Assembly (NCBI GenBank): GCA_965218795.1
Contig: OZ244653.1
Location: 32,001 to 96,000 of the forward strand
Direction: 5' to 3'
Length of the DNA stretch: 64,000 nt
From: a bacterium
GTDB lineage: Bacteria; UBA8248; JACPRG01; G963555815
A model generated the notes under the pieces. That model saw only the letters and a list, made by a program, of their open reading frames with translations. It did not search any database and was not told where the DNA came from. Shown here piece by piece: positions 59,991 through 64,000 of the stretch. Numbering within the stretch: position 1 is the first letter of the stretch; the number at the start of each line of letters is the position of its first letter. The translations under genes were made by a program, and so were the position numbers.

Positions 59991-61517
59991 GTACGCAGCT
60001 TAGCCTACCCGAGTGTCGCATTCACGCTCATCCTCGGAGTTGCGGCCGCATCCGTCGCCGCGCCTTTGGAGGATCCGCATCTTATTACGGTCCCGCGCAC
60101 CGAGGCGGAGGCCGATCGCATCGCGGCGGTCGTCGCTCCGACGGAAGACTTTACCAAGCCCGAACGCTACGAGAAGCGTCCGGGGGGCGCCGCGACCAGC
60201 TTCAAGCGCGTCAACAGCGACGTGTTTTCCCATGCCTCTGCCAACATGCCGTTCGAACGGGAGTTGCGGTTCCAGGTCGGCAACGGATTCTTCAGAAAGC
60301 TCTGGGTCACTGCCCCGGCCTCGACGCAGGCCAGCGACGGCCTGGGTCCGCTCTACAACGCGCGCGCCTGTCAGCGCTGCCACATCAAGGATGGCCGCGG
60401 CCATCCGTCGGACGGCGATGTGAACAGCGTCTCCATGCTCTTGCGCCTGTCGATTCCGAGGGGCGAGAGTGATCTATCGACGGAGCGCCTCGCCCGTCTC
60501 GGCGCGGTGCCGGAACCGACCTACGGAACCCAGCTTCAAGACCGCTCCATCCCCGGTGTGCCTGCCGAGGGACGTATGGCGATGGAGTATGAGGAGTTCA
60601 CGGTCGAGCTCGGCGGAGGGGAGCGCGCGACGCTGCGCCGCCCGACCTATCGAGTCATGGACCTGGGCTATGGGCCGCTCCATCCCGAGACCATGCTCTC
60701 ACCCCGCGTCGCGCCGCCGATGATTGGACTCGGCCTTATCGAGGCGGTACCAGAAACGGACATCCTCGCCGCCGCCGATCCAGAGGACGCCGACGGAGAC
60801 GGGATCTCGGGACGACCCAACCGTGTTTGGAGCGCCGAGTTCGGACAGTGGATGCTCGGGCGCTTTGGCTGGAAAGCCGGGGCACCGACCGTGCGCGCGC
60901 AGTCCGCTGGCGCGTTCTCGGCCGACATCGGGCTGGCGACTTCGCTCCATCCTGACGGCTGGGGCGAATGCACACCGGCGCAGGCGGCCTGCCGCGCCGC
61001 ACCGCATGGCGGCTCGCCGCAATACGCCGGTCTTGAAGTGCATGACGAAGTGCTCGACCTGGTGACCTTCTATGCGCGCAATCTCGCGGTTCCGGCACGG
61101 CGAGACGTGGGCGGCGCACGGGTGTTACGGGGCAAGACGTTGTTCTACCGATCCGGGTGTGCGCAATGCCATCGTCCGAAATTTGTGACCCATCGCCTCG
61201 CCGACCGACCAGAGCAGAGCTTCCAGCTCATCTGGCCATATTCGGATTTTCTGCTGCACGACATGGGCGAGAGGCTTGCCGACGGCCGGCCGGAATGGAG
61301 CGCCACTGGCCGCGAATGGCGCACCGCGCCACTTTGGGGAATCGGACTGACCGAGACCGTCAACGGCCACAGCTTTTTCCTGCATGACGGCCGGGCGCGC
61401 TCGTTGCTTGAGGCGGTCCTCTGGCATGGCGGCGAGGCGGAGGACGCGAAGGAGCGAGTGCGGCGGATGGAGCCCGAGGATCGCAACGCGCTCATCACTT
61501 TTCTGGAGTCGCTGTGA
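59964..61517 (+). CDS. Di-heme oxidoreductase family protein (DUF1111/IrpB-like); start uncertain
   Basis: DGLGPLYNARACQRCH, GRFGWKA, CAQCH, EWRTAPLWG, LHDGRAR, WHGGEA. Confidence 0.93.
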   Translation: MIRIIDKFHVRSLAYPSVAFTLILGVAAASVAAPLEDPHLITVPRTEAEADRIAAVVAPTEDFTKPERYEKRPGGAATSFKRVNSDVFSHASANMPFERELRFQVGNGFFRKLWVTAPASTQASDGLGPLYNARACQRCHIKDGRGHPSDGDVNSVSMLLRLSIPRGESDLSTERLARLGAVPEPTYGTQLQDRSIPGVPAEGRMAMEYEEFTVELGGGERATLRRPTYRVMDLGYGPLHPETMLSPRVAPPMIGLGLIEAVPETDILAAADPEDADGDGISGRPNRVWSAEFGQWMLGRFGWKAGAPTVRAQSAGAFSADIGLATSLHPDGWGECTPAQAACRAAPHGGSPQYAGLEVHDEVLDLVTFYARNLAVPARRDVGGARVLRGKTLFYRSGCAQCHRPKFVTHRLADRPEQSFQLIWPYSDFLLHDMGERLADGRPEWSATGREWRTAPLWGIGLTETVNGHSFFLHDGRARSLLEAVLWHGGEAEDAKERVRRMEPEDRNALITFLESL

Positions 61518-61860
61518 ATACACGTCCGGTGTTCGCGCTCCTGCTCCTGTTGTCCGCGAGCGGCGCAGCGGCTGAGTCATGTGCGGACATCGCTGTGATC
61601 GTCGACCGGACCGCTGTGAGTGTCGTGCTTCCAGCCTTCGGCGGGTTCAAGCGCGCCGCGTCGGACCCTTACACGTACTGACCCCATAAGGTGCGAGAGA
61701 CGGCTCGGCGGACGCCGCGCGGGCCGCTTACGCCGCAGCCTATGACGCCTGGATGCGAGTGGAGGTCTATCGCTTCGACCCGGTCGAGGACCAGAACGCC
61801 GTGTCGCGCGTCAACTTCTGGCCGGTCGCGATGAACTATGTCGGCCGCGCACTGGGGGGT
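61514..61860 (+). pseudogene. Truncated second imelysin-family gene (IrpC-like)
   Basis: GTGA overlap, signal peptide, stop at 61679-81, then ARAAYAAAYDAWMRVEVYRFDP...VNFWP; similarity is lost after ~61860. Confidence 0.75.
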
Positions 61861-62116
61861 GACGAAGGCGCAGGCGTTGATAACATGGTTGGTCAGACCC
61901 TTATGCGTCTATGGATTCGGTTAGAACGACTGACCAATCCCGGAGGTCCAGATCTTGGTGAACGACCCTGTATTCGACTTTGATCAACCGCTGCCTAATC
62001 CAGACGGCGAAGTTCCCCTGAAACCGTTTGATTTGAATGACCTTCCGTCAGGTTTTCATGTAGAATCCCACTGATAGCCAACAAACCTCCATCCATTGTC
62101 GTTTGCAGGTAATCCT

Positions 62117-63598
62117 GTGCGTTGCATCCTCATCTCCTTGATTGCGTTTGCGCTTGTCATCGTCTTTCCCCGGTGGGGAGAGTCGGCCCGCCTGACCGTA
62201 TCCGCTGCGGCCAGTCTGGAGGAAGCCTTTCAGGAAATTACGAGGAGATTTCAAGACGCTCATCCGGAGCATCGGGTCTCGCTCAATCTGGCGTCCTCCG
62301 GGCATTTGCAGCGACAAATCGAGCGCGGCGCTCCGGTTGACGTTTTTGCTTCCGCCAGCCCACGTCCGATGGACGCCTTGGAGAAAGAGGGACTGATTCA
62401 ACCCGCTTCGCGAAACGTGATGGCAAGGAACCGTTTGGTCCTGATTGCCTCGAAGGGCGCTGCCATCCGGTCGTTCTCCGACCTTGGGAAGAATTTTCAA
62501 GGGTGGCTCGCAGTCGGCAATCCGCGGCACGTACCGGCCGGATTCTATTCAAAAGAGGTGTTGGAGTGGCTCGGCTACTGGGCGCGTCTCTCGTCCAATC
62601 GGGTTCTGGCGGAAAATGTCCTCCAGGTATTGGAATATGTGGCCACCGGAGAGGCGGACGCGGGCCTCGTTTACAGAACGGATGCCCTCCGGGGTCGCTA
62701 TCAGGTCAAGCTGATCGCTGAGGCGCCGGCTGGAAGCCATGCCCCGATCGAGTATCCCATCGCCGTCGTCGCAGGGTCACGAAGCCCGGAGGCTTCGAAG
62801 GTATTTGTCGATTTCGTGCTGAGCTCGCCAGCCCAGGCGGCTCTGGCGCAGGCGGGGTTCGAGCCGGTCCGATCGACCGGGACGGGGCGGGCGACAGAGA
62901 GCCGGTCCGGCAGCGAGGGTGTCGGAAACCGCGCCTGGTTTTCCACCTGGTTGTCCATTTGGGTTGCGCTGGTCTCGACCTTTATTGTCGCGGTCGTCGG
63001 TACGACCCTCGCTTACCTGCTGGCCCGAAGAAATTTCTTCGGCAAGAATATTCTCCATATCCTCCTGACCCTGCCTTTGGTCCTCCCCCCAACGGTGACA
63101 GGCTATTACCTGATCAATATCCTCGGGCGGTACGGGGTTTTGGGCGGTCCCCTGTATGAATGGACGGGTTGGACCGTTGCCTTCACCTGGTGGGCGGCCG
63201 TCCTGGCCTCCACGGTTGTGTCCCTTCCTTTTATGTTGCAGACCGGCCGGGCGGCCATCGAGTCGGTGGACCGCAACGTCGAGTACGCCTCTCAACTGCT
63301 CGGGAAGGGTGAATGGCGGACGGCATTGACCATCACGATTCCCTTGGCCCGGCGGGGGCTGATTGCGGGCTTGGTGCTTTCCTTCGCGCGCGCCATGGGC
63401 GAGTTCGGGGCGACCTTGATGCTGGCCGGCAATATCCCGGGCCGGACGAACACCATGCCTCTGGAAATCTACTCGGCGTTCCTGGCGGGCGACCTGGAGC
63501 AGGCTCAATGGCTGGTGGTGGCCCATACGAGCATCTCGTTTCTGGCGCTTTTCTTCGCCACCCGGTGGAGCCGCGAGCGCGTGAAGGTGGGTTGCTGA
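62117..63598 (+). CDS. Fused molybdate ABC binding protein and permease (ModA-ModB)
   Basis: SAAASL, ASSG.L..QIERGAPVDVFASA, VPAGFY, then LPLVLPPTVTGY, FARAMGEFGAT in one frame. Confidence 0.9.
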   Translation: MRCILISLIAFALVIVFPRWGESARLTVSAAASLEEAFQEITRRFQDAHPEHRVSLNLASSGHLQRQIERGAPVDVFASASPRPMDALEKEGLIQPASRNVMARNRLVLIASKGAAIRSFSDLGKNFQGWLAVGNPRHVPAGFYSKEVLEWLGYWARLSSNRVLAENVLQVLEYVATGEADAGLVYRTDALRGRYQVKLIAEAPAGSHAPIEYPIAVVAGSRSPEASKVFVDFVLSSPAQAALAQAGFEPVRSTGTGRATESRSGSEGVGNRAWFSTWLSIWVALVSTFIVAVVGTTLAYLLARRNFFGKNILHILLTLPLVLPPTVTGYYLINILGRYGVLGGPLYEWTGWTVAFTWWAAVLASTVVSLPFMLQTGRAAIESVDRNVEYASQLLGKGEWRTALTITIPLARRGLIAGLVLSFARAMGEFGATLMLAGNIPGRTNTMPLEIYSAFLAGDLEQAQWLVVAHTSISFLALFFATRWSRERVKVGC

Positions 63599-63871
63599 GA
63601 CCCGGGAACAGCCCCGGTCGCCACCCGGAGTGGGCGAATATTCTCTAAAGCATTTCTGAGAAATGCCCGATAGTTGAAATGTACGCGGCGAAAAGGCTTC
63701 GCCGCCGGAAAACAGGATTCTGTAGTCCGAATCGCGGAAGCATTGCTGGAACAAGGGAAAAGCGCTGGTGCAATTGGCCGAGAATATCGATGAGGATCAG
63801 GACGCTCAGGAGAACAGGACAGGTCCGCGGGCCGGGAAGGTCTCTCGTGGGCAGCGTAGCCCCGGCCGGCC

Positions 63872-64000
63872 TTACTCGTGACAGAGAAACAGATCGGATT
63901 TGGAGAGGGAAACATAAACGGTTGATCCGCTCTTCAATCCCCACCTGGGAAAGACGTGTTTTCTCAGGTCCGCCACCATCCTTGGACCGTTGGGCGCAAT
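63872..64000 (-). CDS. 3' end of a gene entering from the right edge; TOBE-like C-terminus (possible ModC-type ATPase)
   Basis: IAPNGPRMVADLRKHVFPRWGLKSGSTVYVSLSKSDLFLCHE*. Confidence 0.5.
   Translation of the reverse strand: MAPNGPRMVADLRKHVFPRWGLKSGSTVYVSLSKSDLFLCHE

Noticed and set aside
61889-61937. TTGGTCAG/CTGACCAA inverted repeat
   Set aside because: Only 8 bp with a long spacer; could be chance.

Overview
GC-rich bacterial chromosomal window with no rRNA, tRNA, CRISPR array or intact transposase that I can see. The left ~46 kb is mostly housekeeping and transport: citE-like lyase, pyrD-pyrK, ccsA-hemACD, an SGNH/SxtJ/carbamoyltransferase/DUF5989 cluster, uvrD, trkAH, comDE-like, Liv-type ABC, amiC-der-fusA-SPOR-merR, aconitase-fumC, dut and a BMP/nucleoside ABC. 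Several hidden remnants sit among these genes, including a decayed NHLP RiPP precursor and a GxxExxY nuclease gene bracketed by 27-bp inverted repeats. The right ~17 kb is a metal-acquisition island. A near-consensus promoter overlapped by a perfect palindrome drives a DtxR-type regulator with a Cys-rich tail and hemP. Next comes a leader in which two AGCAAGCCA repeats flank a hairpin and the second overlaps an intrinsic terminator (candidate HemP-dependent antiterminator). Downstream are two divergent DUF151-like proteins, an outer-membrane beta-barrel, an FMN-binding protein, a His-rich membrane protein, ApbE and an Fe(III)-binding protein, then an imelysin/porin/Bfd/di-heme module and a ModA-ModB fusion. 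Several genes are broken by single-base deletions, mostly in G runs, which suggests assembly error. All family calls come from motif recognition by eye; no searches were run.
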